A stretch of 64,000 nucleotides of DNA from an uncultured delta proteobacterium (GTDB lineage: Bacteria; Desulfobacterota; Binatia; UBA9968). Position 1 is the first letter of the stretch. The number at the start of each line of letters is the position of its first letter. The stretch is taken from assembly GCA_963737905.1 (NCBI GenBank), contig CAVTUQ010000019.1, positions 160,001 to 224,000 on the forward strand, given 5' to 3'. The notes beneath the pieces are model-generated. The model was given only the letters and a program-made list of their open reading frames with translations, had not been told where the DNA came from and ran no database searches. The translations under genes were made by a program, and so were the position numbers. Positions 36,869-45,675 of this stretch are shown piece after piece.

Positions 36869-36925
36869 GTCTAACTTGGCCTCAGACCGATCGCTTACAG
36901 CGCCGGCTGAGCGTGAACGTTGGCC
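36869..36925 (+). other. Integron attC site (attC3, 57 bp)
   Basis: GTCTAAC ... CTCAG(A)CCG..CGCT/AGCG.CGGCTGAG ... GTTGGCC. Confidence 0.78.
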
Positions 36926-36947
36926 TTCAAATTACCGAAGTTTGCTT

Positions 36948-37664
36948 ATGAAAATATTTCTGTCGCATCGCAGCCGAGATAAGGCGTTGGTCCGTGAGTT
37001 TAGGGACCTACTGCCAAGGTTCTTAGACGCTTGGCTCGACGAGGAAAGGCTTTCGTGGGGCGATTCCTTCCCAGGAGAGCTGAAGTCGAGCATTCAGTCG
37101 GGGGTCGATTTCTTAATCATATTCCTGGACAGGGAGGCGCTTAGTTCGGCATGGGTGAAACAGGAACTCCAATGGGCAATCGAACGCGAAAAGGAATTGA
37201 AGAGGACGTTTATCCTGCCCATCCTGCTCGAAGAAGTTTCTCCTGAAAATCTGCCCACTGAGTTTTCCACGCGATTATACCTTCGACTGGACGATTTCAG
37301 CCGTGCGTCGGTTGAGGCATTGGCGACCAGAGCGACACTACAACTGTTTCGTTTGGTTGTCGAAAGTTTCTCAGCTGTCCAGCTCGAAATACCGCGTCGC
37401 GAATCGCTCAACGCAATCCGTGACGGGCTTAGTGCAGGGCAGGCTCGTCTGCTAGGGTATATAGTCCGACAATGCAGTGATGGCTCAGAGCTGACGCAAC
37501 GCGAGATCGAGACTGCAATGGGACACGCCCATGGCTCAGCAGAACTCTTTTACCGACTGGAATCGCTGATCGCACAAGGTTTCCTATTGAAGCGGCGCAT
37601 AGCGGCAGATGGACAGTTTTCATATCGACTAAGCAAGGACTTTGGGGAGTTACGAGAAGGCTAA
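36948..37664 (+). CDS. TIR-domain protein with a C-terminal winged-helix-like region (cassette gene)
   Basis: MKIFLSHRSRDK, WLDE, SAWVKQELQWA, ILPILL; stop codon inside the R'' box of attC4. Confidence 0.85.
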   Translation: MKIFLSHRSRDKALVREFRDLLPRFLDAWLDEERLSWGDSFPGELKSSIQSGVDFLIIFLDREALSSAWVKQELQWAIEREKELKRTFILPILLEEVSPENLPTEFSTRLYLRLDDFSRASVEALATRATLQLFRLVVESFSAVQLEIPRRESLNAIRDGLSAGQARLLGYIVRQCSDGSELTQREIETAMGHAHGSAELFYRLESLIAQGFLLKRRIAADGQFSYRLSKDFGELREG

Positions 37665-37746
37665 CCAAGCGTTGGACCGAACGGTGAATAGCGGCGATCG
37701 TGATGGCAGCGATTTTTCGCGCCGCCGGTCAACTCGGCTGTTAAGC
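37659..37746 (+). other. Integron attC site (attC4, 88 bp)
   Basis: GGCTAAC-CAAGC-GTTGGACCG ... CGGTCAAC-TCGGCT-GTTAAGC. Confidence 0.85.
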
Positions 37747-37806
37747 TGCCTGCACTATGCCACCTTGACACTTGTCAATTTCGTTCAGATACGCCAGATA
37801 TGATCC

Positions 37807-38648
37807 ATGACAACCATCAACCAAAATCGCACGCGAATGAACGACGCTCTTGATCCCTCATCTATCCTCCAAACCGCTTTCGGTTTTTGGCATTCCAAAG
37901 TCCTGCTCACGGCCGTCGAGTTCGGTGTGTTCACGAAACTCGCCGGTCGCCGTCTCACCGGCGCCACCCAGCGGCGCATCGGACGATTCGAGTTGGCGAA
38001 CGGCGGTACGATCTTTCTCGACGAGGTTACCGAGTTGCCCATCGATACGCAGGTCAAGCTGTGCGCGTGCTGCAAGAAGGAGAGTTCGAACGAGTCGGAA
38101 GCAGCAGACGATCAAAGTCGATGTGCGCGCCATCGCCGCCACCAATCGAGCTCAATGAGGTTGTGAAGAACGGAACCTTTCGGTCGGATCTTTTTTACCG
38201 GCTCAACGTGTTTCCTCTGAGGGTGTCGGCGCTGCGCGAACGGAAAGATGATATTTCGCTCCTGGTCAATTTCTTTCTGAGCAAATTTGGCAAGAAATTG
38301 GGTAAAGAGGTGCGGGGTGTCTCTCAGAGATCGATGGATAGTTTGGTCAACTACGACTGGCCGGGAAACGTGCGTGAATTACAAAACATCATTGAGCGCG
38401 CGGTGGTGCTCGCCGCGGGTCCGATCGTCCAGATCGACGACTCGATGATGCGCTCCGGTGAAGCGGCGCAGGAGTCGGCCCTCGATACGCTTGAGAATGC
38501 TGAACGCAATCACGTCCTGCGGGCGTTGTACGAAACCCATTGGATTGTTCACGGCAAGAAGGGCGCGGCGGAGATCCTTGGGATCAACCCCAGTACCTTG
38601 CGATCGCGGATGGAGAAGCTTGGAATAAGGCGGCCAGCGCAATCGTAA
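37807..38648 (+). pseudogene. Chimeric pseudogene: O-methyltransferase N-terminus joined to the frameshifted C-terminal half of a sigma54 activator
   Basis: [20 protein letters not shown] switches at LTGA to [17 protein letters not shown]. Several frameshifts follow, then FRSDLFYRLNVFP, WPGNVREL and a Fis-type HTH. Confidence 0.8.
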
Positions 38649-38649
38649 A

Positions 38650-38761
38650 AGTTCCAGTCGTTTCAATTGTTCCAGAAGTTCCAGCGGTTGAGGTCAACGG
38701 TCCGTTGGACGGTTCAACGACGACGACTTGAACGAATGGAACAACTGGAGCTTTTGGAACC
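38650..38761. repeat. Palindromic array of ~9-nt units (GTTCCAnnn ... nnnTGGAAC)
   Basis: GTTCCAGTC GTTTCAATT GTTCCAGAA GTTCCAGCG ... TTGAAC GAATGGAAC AACTGGAGC TTTTGGAAC. Confidence 0.7.
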
Positions 38762-39359
38762 TCGGCCATCGCGGCGCCCATATGATGACCAACCGGTACC
38801 CGAGCAGCAGCGCCAATATCGCACCGTATTGAAACGGCCGGCGAATATCGGCTTTCACCAACCAGTAGAAATGAATGACGCCGGCGATTGCCGCGATATA
38901 AACCAAGCGGTGCAACCGCTGCCAGCGCTTGCCCAGCCTGCGAATCATAGCTGCCGTCGAGGTGATCGCCAGCGGGATCATAAGCACGAAGCCGGTAAAT
39001 CCCGCGGTCACATAGGGGCGCTTGATGATGTCTTTGACGATCGCTTGAAAATCAAAGAAATGATCGAGCACCAGGTAAGTCGAGAAGTGCAGGCCCGCGT
39101 AGAAGAAGGCGAACAGTCCTAGCATCCGCCGGAACTTGATTATCTCGTTCCATCCAAAGATTTTGCGTAGCGGTGTCACGCTGAGTGTTGCCAGCAAGAA
39201 GATCAAAGTCCAATCGCCGGTAAAGTGCGTGATAAACTCGATCGGGTTTGCTGTCAGATCACCAGCCCATGCGTTGTACAGTAGCTGCCCCAACGGGATG
39301 AGACAGGCGATAAAGACAGCGAGTTTTAAGCGGGACAACATAGTCGGCATATAGCTCAT
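38694..39359 (-). CDS. msrQ: Methionine sulfoxide reductase heme-binding membrane subunit
   Basis: RRMLGLFAFFYAGLH, KRPY, LAITS, WQRLHRLVY. Confidence 0.93.
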   Translation of the reverse strand: MSYMPTMLSRLKLAVFIACLIPLGQLLYNAWAGDLTANPIEFITHFTGDWTLIFLLATLSVTPLRKIFGWNEIIKFRRMLGLFAFFYAGLHFSTYLVLDHFFDFQAIVKDIIKRPYVTAGFTGFVLMIPLAITSTAAMIRRLGKRWQRLHRLVYIAAIAGVIHFYWLVKADIRRPFQYGAILALLLGYRLVIIWAPRWPRFQKLQLFHSFKSSSLNRPTDR

Positions 39360-39452
39360 GGTTTATAGCATATGGCGCGGCCTATGACTTATCGCAGCGT
39401 CTGCTCTCGATTGGTGCATAGCCGAGCCATACGCTATAGGCCATACGCCATT
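39346..39452. repeat. TATGGC/GCCATA heptamer-periodic palindromic repeat (copy 1)
   Basis: CCATACGCTATAGGCCATACGCCAT, shared with the copies at 44.5, 45.6 and 61.7 kb. Confidence 0.7.
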
Positions 39453-39459
39453 TACTCTC

Positions 39460-40422
39460 CTAATAATACTTCTTCAAATCCATCCCACGGTAAAGGTCCG
39501 CGACCTGTTCACCGTAGCCGTTGAACATCAAGGTCTTTCGCCTGAGGAATTCACCGATGCGCCGTTCCGTCGCCTGGCTCCAGCGCGGGTGGTCGACTTC
39601 GGGGTTTACGTTGGAATAAAAGCCGTATTCCTGCGGCTGCATCAGGTTCCAGGCGGTGGGTGGTTGTTTTTCGACGAAGCGGATCTTGACGATGGATTTG
39701 ATGCTCTTGAAGCCGTATTTCCACGGCACGACAAGCCGGATTGGCGCTCCGTTTTGCGAGGGTAGTGTTTCCCCATACAGGCCCACAGACAGTATCGTCA
39801 ACGGGTGCATCGCTTCGTCCATCCGCAGTCCTTCGACATAGGGCCATTCCAGCACGGGGAATTTTTGCCCGGGCATGCGCTTTGGATCTTGTAGTGTGAC
39901 AAACTGGATGTACTTTGCTTTGCCGGTGGGCTCCGCGAGCTTGACGAGCGAATTCAAAGGAAAGCCGACCCAGGGAATCACCATCGACCAGGCCTCGACG
40001 CAACGCAAGCGATAGATTCTTTCTTCCAGCGGGGCGATCTTTATGAGCGTGTCAATGTCGTAGGTTTTTGGTTTATTAATTTCACCCTCGACGGCGATCG
40101 TCCAGGGACGGGTCGTGAGATATTTGGCGTTTTCTGCCGGATCGCCTTTGTCGGTACCGAGTTCATAGAAGTTGTTGTAGGTTGTGATGTCTTTAAGTGA
40201 ATTCAATTTTTCGCTGGTACTGAACGAGCTTTTGCGAAGGTCGCTCAATTTTTCTCCCGCGATGACTTGACGAGGCGAGAGAGACGCACCGAACCCGCTG
40301 AGGACTGCGCCGGCGGATAGCGCCGTGGCGGACGCAGCGAGAATAAACTGACGCCGGTTCAAGTAAAGATCTTTGGGGGTGATCTCAGATGACTTTATGT
40401 CGTTCGATTTCGTGATCAGCAT
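39460..40422 (-). CDS. msrP: Molybdopterin methionine sulfoxide reductase catalytic subunit
   Basis: SEITP..NRRQF Tat signal, [31 protein letters not shown]. Confidence 0.96.
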   Translation of the reverse strand: MLITKSNDIKSSEITPKDLYLNRRQFILAASATALSAGAVLSGFGASLSPRQVIAGEKLSDLRKSSFSTSEKLNSLKDITTYNNFYELGTDKGDPAENAKYLTTRPWTIAVEGEINKPKTYDIDTLIKIAPLEERIYRLRCVEAWSMVIPWVGFPLNSLVKLAEPTGKAKYIQFVTLQDPKRMPGQKFPVLEWPYVEGLRMDEAMHPLTILSVGLYGETLPSQNGAPIRLVVPWKYGFKSIKSIVKIRFVEKQPPTAWNLMQPQEYGFYSNVNPEVDHPRWSQATERRIGEFLRRKTLMFNGYGEQVADLYRGMDLKKYY

Positions 40423-40472
40423 TCGGTTTCCTCCTCACTGCTATTTACGCGCGACCCTTCGCGAAAGATTGG

Positions 40473-41045
40473 CTAGAGGTCCTTCTCTGCCAGGAGCTGC
40501 TTGATAAGCGCTTCAGTTTTCTCATAGGCGCCCTCGCCGACATGGCCGTACCGGATAATACCTTTTTTGTCGATCAAAATCGTTGTCGGCCACGCCCAGA
40601 TCCCGTAACGCTTCCAAATATCGAAGCCGTTGTCCTGTACGACCGGGTAGCGGATCCCCAGTTGCTCTGTTGCCGTTTTCACCTTGTTCAGGGGTTTCTC
40701 CCAGAAAAATTCAGGCGAGTGGACTCCTACAATTGTAAAACCTTGCTTTTCGTACTTGTCGTACCAGCCCCGCAACTGCGGGACAACGTTTTTGCAGTTA
40801 ATTCAGCCGTAAGTCCAGAATTCGACCAGAACAACACGACCTTTCAAATCATTAATCGCAAGCGGCTCGCTATTAAGCCAAGGTCCGCCCGAAATGTCCG
40901 GAGCAGGCTTGCCGCTTGAAAAGGGTTGCGCCCGGCCCGGCCATAATAACCATGCGATCAGCGTAATGGCTAAAGCAAACGAGGAAACGGCTTGGCAACG
41001 AAAGATTTTACTCGCCCCTATAGTCGAACTGGTTTGTCTCCGCAT
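40473..41045 (-). CDS. Thioredoxin-fold redoxin (DipZ/TlpA-like), probable selenoprotein with a UxxC motif
   Basis: Two track ORFs lie in one frame, separated only by TGA (40803-40805): VLVEFWTYG-U-INC-KNVVPQLRGWY..GVHSPEF..WPT. Confidence 0.85.
40758..40787 (-). promoter_or_regulatory. Candidate bacterial SECIS stem-loop
   Basis: GUUGU-CCCGC-AGUU-GCGGG-GCUGGU-ACGAC begins 15 nt after the UGA; the G-containing apical loop is 25 nt from the UGA. Confidence 0.65.
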
Positions 41046-41170
41046 TAGCAGCCCCTTGTTTATAGATGATAACTCGACGGGTATCGGTGCAAGGAATCCC
41101 CCGTGCATTTAGAACGCGCCGAAGCCGCTGAAAGTTCCAGGACAAGTATGCCAGGGGTGGAATGAGAGGG

Positions 41171-41198
41171 AAATAGGGGAGCCAATCTCCCCTATTTT
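41171..41198. terminator. Probable intrinsic terminator hairpin
   Basis: AAATAGGGGAG-CCAAT-CTCCCCTATTT, a perfect 11-bp stem just downstream of the 41210 gene. Confidence 0.6.
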
Positions 41199-41209
41199 GT
41201 TTGTGGAGG

Positions 41210-41422
41210 TTAGTGAAGGTGGTGGCTTCTTATCGTTGGACTGTCAAATTCTTGATCGAGATCGATAGGATGTGAAGCTTTCTTGAGCATTTCGATCAGG
41301 GCCAGCCGTGCCAGCCGGTAGGCGTCTTTATCATTATCAGAGTATTCAAAGGCTACTTCGCTGGCTGCAGCGATCAGTTCGCCCAGGGTGGTGTCAATCT
41401 TTTTCGTGCTGCGGTTTTCCAT
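41210..41422 (-). CDS. Small hypothetical protein
   Basis: AAGGAG RBS; helical sequence TTLGELIAAASEVAF; followed by a terminator. Confidence 0.6.
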   Translation of the reverse strand: MENRSTKKIDTTLGELIAAASEVAFEYSDNDKDAYRLARLALIEMLKKASHPIDLDQEFDSPTIRSHHLH

Positions 41423-41627
41423 CGCTTGAATTGCTCCTTTCATCCGGTGTCCTTGGATAAAACTGTTTTATTCAATCGCAACCTTCGGATTTTCAGGGTT
41501 CTCGACCTCGCGCACAGTTTATGGCCTCGTTATTTAGACGATCAGGAGGCGAAAAAGGTGCACACCGATCTGATGAAAATCTTGAAAAATGGAAAATACG
41601 CTGAGGAATGGCTGCCTTGGGGAAGGA

Positions 41628-42383
41628 CTACTCTGCGGACTGAAGAGGAACGTCGACCATTTTTTTGAAAATCGGGTCCTGTTTGACGCGGTTGAACTCC
41701 TCTGTGCTTACGTAACCGACCGCGGCCATTCGGCTCAAGATGAGATTTCTTCTGTTGGTGAGATTTCTTTCTCTGGCAGCGCGCGGGCTGGGGAGGAGGG
41801 CAGCGAGTGTGGCCGCTTCGACTATGTTGAGGTCGGCCGCGGGCTTGGCGAAATAATGGCGCGCCGCCGCCTCAGCGCCATAAACGTTTGGTCCCCATTC
41901 CACGACGTTTAGGTAAATTTCGAAAATACGCTTTTTTGACAGAACTTGTTCGAGCTGCCAAGCGATGACAATTTCCTTAGCCTTTCGCAAGGGGTTCTTC
42001 GAGGGATTAAGATACAGATTCTTGGCGAGTTGCATAGTGATCGTGCTGCCGCCTCGCGCGAAGCTACCCGTTTCCCAGTCCTTCTTCAGGGCTTCCTGGA
42101 GCTCTTTGGCGTCCACTCCCGCGTGGCTAAAAAATGATGCATCTTCACTGATCAAAACGGCCTTTTTTAAGTGTTCGGATATCGCGCCGTAAGCGACCCA
42201 GATTTGCTGACGCGCGTTTGTCGTGCCCTTTTGTTTGTATTCATGATCCCGCAACTCTATGAGCGCAGTGGTTTTTGGATTTTTCGTTTGGAGAACCTTG
42301 ACGTCGGGAAGGGTCCGGTAAAAATAAGCGATAGAAGCTACGACGGCGGTCAGAAAAAGGCTTTTAAGAAGAATTCTTTTCAT
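41628..42383 (-). CDS. mtgA: Monofunctional peptidoglycan transglycosylase
   Basis: SEDASFFSHAG, RGGSTITMQLAKNL, RKAKE, YLNVVEWG. Confidence 0.9.
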   Translation of the reverse strand: MKRILLKSLFLTAVVASIAYFYRTLPDVKVLQTKNPKTTALIELRDHEYKQKGTTNARQQIWVAYGAISEHLKKAVLISEDASFFSHAGVDAKELQEALKKDWETGSFARGGSTITMQLAKNLYLNPSKNPLRKAKEIVIAWQLEQVLSKKRIFEIYLNVVEWGPNVYGAEAAARHYFAKPAADLNIVEAATLAALLPSPRAARERNLTNRRNLILSRMAAVGYVSTEEFNRVKQDPIFKKMVDVPLQSAE

Positions 42384-43431
42384 GGTTCGCGAGAATCTCT
42401 GCGGCTTTGAAAGTCATGGATGACACGGGAAAATCCGAAAGGGAGGCAGGTGATAACCAGCGCCATCGCCGGTCAGGTAAACGGAGCTTCGTCCCTTTAG
42501 GCAAATCCATGAGATAGACAGGCGAACGAATTTTTCGATGGGTGATGCTGTGGCGGAACTCGCCGATGCGGCGCTTCCGGCGCGAGATTCTCGCCAATGC
42601 CGCCGGTTGGCCCGGCAGTGATTCTCGCGGCCCCTTGCGCGGGGTTTTCTCACCGCCGGGAAACTCCCACAAGCCGGCCAGAATTCCTTTGTTCAGCCGT
42701 TGTCGCAGCAGAACTTTCCCGTCCCTTCGAAAGATTGCCAAGGGCCATTCAATCTCTTGGATCGGCGCGGATTTCTTAGTCGCAAGGCTCTCGGGTCGTT
42801 GATCCGTGGCGCGCGCCGCACAGTGGGCGGCAACAGGACAACGCGGGCAACGTGGATCTTTGGGAATACAAATCATCGCGCCAAGCTCCATCAAACCCTG
42901 GTTAAAATAACCGGGATGTGACTTCGATACGAGCCGCGTTGCGGCTTGCCGCAGCTCTCTAGCGTTCTTTGGAGTGAAGAGGCGATGCAAGACACGATGC
43001 GCGTTGCCGTCTATTGCCGGATAGGGTTTCTGAAAGGCGATGCTCATTAAAGCCCCGGCGGTGTAGTCACCGACGCCAGGCAGCGAAAGGAGGGCATCAT
43101 AATCGACGGGAAGATGACCGCTGTATTTACGCACGATCTCACGGGCGCTTTTCTTAAGATTCTCCGCGCGGCGATAGTAGCCGAGCCCGGACCAGAGCGC
43201 TAAGACTTTTCCCAGCGGCGCTCGGTGCAGGTCGTGCACGGTCGGCAGCTCGCGCAGAAAGCGTTCATAATACGGCGTGACGGTGGCGACCTGGGTCTGC
43301 TGGAGCATCGTCTCGGCAATCCAGAGTGCATAAGGATCGCGGGTTCTGCGCCACGGAAGGTCTCGCCGATGCTTGTCATACCAGCGGAGCAGCTTGTGGC
43401 GAATCGCCGAAAGATTCTTAAGCGGCATCAA
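42364..43431 (-). CDS. mutY: A/G-specific adenine glycosylase
   Basis: MLQQTQV, WSGLGYY, LPGVGDYTA HhH motif, C-x6-C-x2-C-x5-C cluster, NUDIX-like tail. Confidence 0.95.
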   Translation of the reverse strand: MMPLKNLSAIRHKLLRWYDKHRRDLPWRRTRDPYALWIAETMLQQTQVATVTPYYERFLRELPTVHDLHRAPLGKVLALWSGLGYYRRAENLKKSAREIVRKYSGHLPVDYDALLSLPGVGDYTAGALMSIAFQKPYPAIDGNAHRVLHRLFTPKNARELRQAATRLVSKSHPGYFNQGLMELGAMICIPKDPRCPRCPVAAHCAARATDQRPESLATKKSAPIQEIEWPLAIFRRDGKVLLRQRLNKGILAGLWEFPGGEKTPRKGPRESLPGQPAALARISRRKRRIGEFRHSITHRKIRSPVYLMDLPKGTKLRLPDRRWRWLSPASLSDFPVSSMTFKAAEILANHEKNSS

Positions 43432-43504
43432 TGCAATCGTGGAGGAATTTTAGTATTGAATTAGATTAAACGAAAAATCTCCGGAAAGAAAACCACCGGC
43501 CCCT

Positions 43505-44368
43505 ATGCTCGCCGTCGCGTTCGGCATCTTAGCTTCGCTTTGTTTCGCAGCTGCGAGTCTGCTCGCTCAGCGCGGCCTGTCCATCGTGGCCACTCCGTGG
43601 GGCGCTTGGGTTACACTTGTTGCCAACACTATTTTTTTGTTGGCGTTTCATTTTGTCCTCTATCCAAAGGCACCGATTTTCGTATTTGAGAATCTCACGT
43701 TTGTGGCGGTGGGACTTTTCGTTCCTGGAATGACTCGTGTCTTGACGTTCCGCGGAATTCGAACCATGGGCAGCGCGGTTACGTCGACCGTGGTCAACAC
43801 GACTCCGATGTTTTCGACGGCGCTGGCGATGCTCGTACTGGAGGAGCGTCCCGGCCCTTGGGTGCTTGCCGGAGTGGCTTTCATCGTCGGCGGGTTGGTT
43901 GTCCTCTCCTGGGAGGGATCCTCGCGATCGTGGAGAAGGACGGAGCTGATTTTTCCCTTTCTTGCCGCCTTACTGTTCTCCATGAAGGATGTCACGGTGC
44001 GGTGGGGGCTAGGAGGAAGTGATTCGCCGGTCTTGGCCGCCGCCATTGCCGCGGTTACGTCAACCGTCGAGATCTTCTTGATCAACCACTACATCTACAA
44101 AGAAGAATTTACTCTCCCGCCGCAGCATGTGCTCCATTGGTTTGTGAGTTCCGGCTTGTTCACGGGAGGTTCGTTCCTCTTCATGTTTCTCGCTTTCAGT
44201 ATGGAGCGCGTCTCGATTATCGCTCCACTGATCAACAGCTATGCGGTATTCGTCCTGGTTTTGGCGCCGCTCATAGCAAAGCAGATCGAAAGAGTGACAT
44301 TGCCCAAAGCGGCAGGAGCGGTGCTCGTCGTTGCGGGAATTTTCTTGATTTCAGTGGGAAGAAATTAG
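43505..44368 (+). CDS. DMT/EamA family transporter
   Basis: About 10 TM segments in two repeats; LEERP and IERVT loop motifs. Confidence 0.85.
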   Translation: MLAVAFGILASLCFAAASLLAQRGLSIVATPWGAWVTLVANTIFLLAFHFVLYPKAPIFVFENLTFVAVGLFVPGMTRVLTFRGIRTMGSAVTSTVVNTTPMFSTALAMLVLEERPGPWVLAGVAFIVGGLVVLSWEGSSRSWRRTELIFPFLAALLFSMKDVTVRWGLGGSDSPVLAAAIAAVTSTVEIFLINHYIYKEEFTLPPQHVLHWFVSSGLFTGGSFLFMFLAFSMERVSIIAPLINSYAVFVLVLAPLIAKQIERVTLPKAAGAVLVVAGIFLISVGRN

Positions 44369-44408
44369 CACGCAGCTTCGGGTGTGGTGTGCCTGAAAAA
44401 TACTGATT

Positions 44409-44582
44409 GCAGGCTGCTCAAAAAGATCTCAGAGGCGAGGCGCGCGTATTTCGCATATGGCTGATAGCCTATGGCATATAGCTGGAACATACGAACCATA
44501 CGCTATAGGCCATACGCCATAAGCGAAGTGAAGCGAGGCGATCGAGCGCAACGAAGCATATGAGTCTTTTTCAGCAGCCTGC
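44409..44582. mobile_element. MITE-like element with 18-bp terminal inverted repeats, containing the TATGGC/GCCATA repeat
   Basis: GCAGGCTGCTCAAAAAGA ... TCTTTTTCAGCAGCCTGC (17/18 match); partial copies at about 45.55 and 61.7 kb. Confidence 0.7.
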
Positions 44583-45058
44583 TAGTCTTTCTTGATGATT
44601 TGTTGCGCCAGGTAGTTTTGATATCCGACTTCATTGATCTGATGAAGCTGCGCTTCGATCCAATCGATGTGTTTCTCCTCATCCACTACAATGTGTTCCA
44701 AGAGTTCTCTTGATGAATCGTCGCCGGTTTCAACGCAAGTTTTTATCCCCGGATGAAGAACCGTGAGCGCCGCGCTCTCCAGGGAAAGGTCGTTTTCTAG
44801 CTGTTGCTTCGCGTTCGAACCGACTAAAATCTTGTCATAGGCCGAGATATTGGGGACTCCCTCGAGGAAGAGGATCCGTTCGATGATCTCGTCCGCATGT
44901 TTCATTTCACCTATGGATTCGTCCCAGAGGGCTTTGTAAAGTCTATCGTAGCCCCAATTTTTGCACATTTTGGCATGGATAAAGTACTGGTTGATGCCGG
45001 TCAACTCCTTGCGCAACACTTGGTTCAAGACGGCGATCACCTGTTCGTTCCCCTTCAT
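44582..45058 (-). CDS. bfr: Bacterioferritin
   Basis: ELTGINQYFIH, EMKHAD, ERILFLEG, EEKH ferroxidase motifs. Confidence 0.96.
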   Translation of the reverse strand: MKGNEQVIAVLNQVLRKELTGINQYFIHAKMCKNWGYDRLYKALWDESIGEMKHADEIIERILFLEGVPNISAYDKILVGSNAKQQLENDLSLESAALTVLHPGIKTCVETGDDSSRELLEHIVVDEEKHIDWIEAQLHQINEVGYQNYLAQQIIKKD

Positions 45059-45113
45059 AATAAGTTCCCTTTCTTTCTGTCAAATCCACAGAGTCGTAGG
45101 CGGCGATCAAGGA

Positions 45114-45383
45114 TCAGCGCTGGGTCCCACCGGCGATGATCGACATGCTCGTGCCGCTGTCGGTTTTTCCTACAATGACGATCACTGTCGTACTCTCATT
45201 TACGTAACTTAGCATACCTCCCTTAGACAGCAATCCTAGACTGGGCTTCCATCCATGCGACGGCATTTCTTTCTTGTAGAACTCGATGACCTTCTCCGGA
45301 TCTACTTTGCCTTCATACGTGGCTTGAGCGCCGCCGAAGCCCGGCAAGGACAACTCCACGCCCTTGCCTTCGGATTTCGTCAT
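45114..45383 (-). CDS. Hypothetical protein, possibly N-terminally truncated
   Basis: Protein-like composition (VIEFYKKEMPSHGW); no family recognised. Confidence 0.5.
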   Translation of the reverse strand: MTKSEGKGVELSLPGFGGAQATYEGKVDPEKVIEFYKKEMPSHGWKPSLGLLSKGGMLSYVNESTTVIVIVGKTDSGTSMSIIAGGTQR

Positions 45384-45537
45384 TCCACCTTCTCATTTCG
45401 GGTTCTTATTATATGTCTTTTTATTGGTTCGTACATCAGCGTTCTGGTCCGTTCAGTCCAAATTCAGTGAATATGGAGCGGAGATTGAAGCTTACCCAAA
45501 AACTTCCCTTGAGCCCGGTTCAAAGGTCGCAGTACAG

Positions 45538-45665
45538 GGCGCGCGTATTGCGCATATGGCTGATAGCTTATGGCATATAGTAGAAGATACGAACCATACG
45601 CTATGAGCCATAGGCTATAAACCAGCTTGCTTCGCTCCATTACTCCATCACTCCACTACTCCAGT
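45538..45665. repeat. Partial MITE/TATGGC repeat followed by CTCCAnnA octamers
   Basis: GGCGCGCGTATTGCGCATATGGCTGATAGC..GAACCATACGCTAT matches 44439-44510; followed by CTCCATTACTCCATCACTCCACTACTCCA. Confidence 0.7.
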
Positions 45666-45675
45666 CCCCTATAAA

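Noticed and set aside
35262-37746. CRISPR interpretation of the recurring AAC...GTT repeats
   Set aside because: The units are separated by whole genes, are not identical, and no cas genes are present; they fit attC architecture
41426-41668. 80-aa plus-strand ORF
   Set aside because: No RBS or family evidence, and it overlaps the end of mtgA
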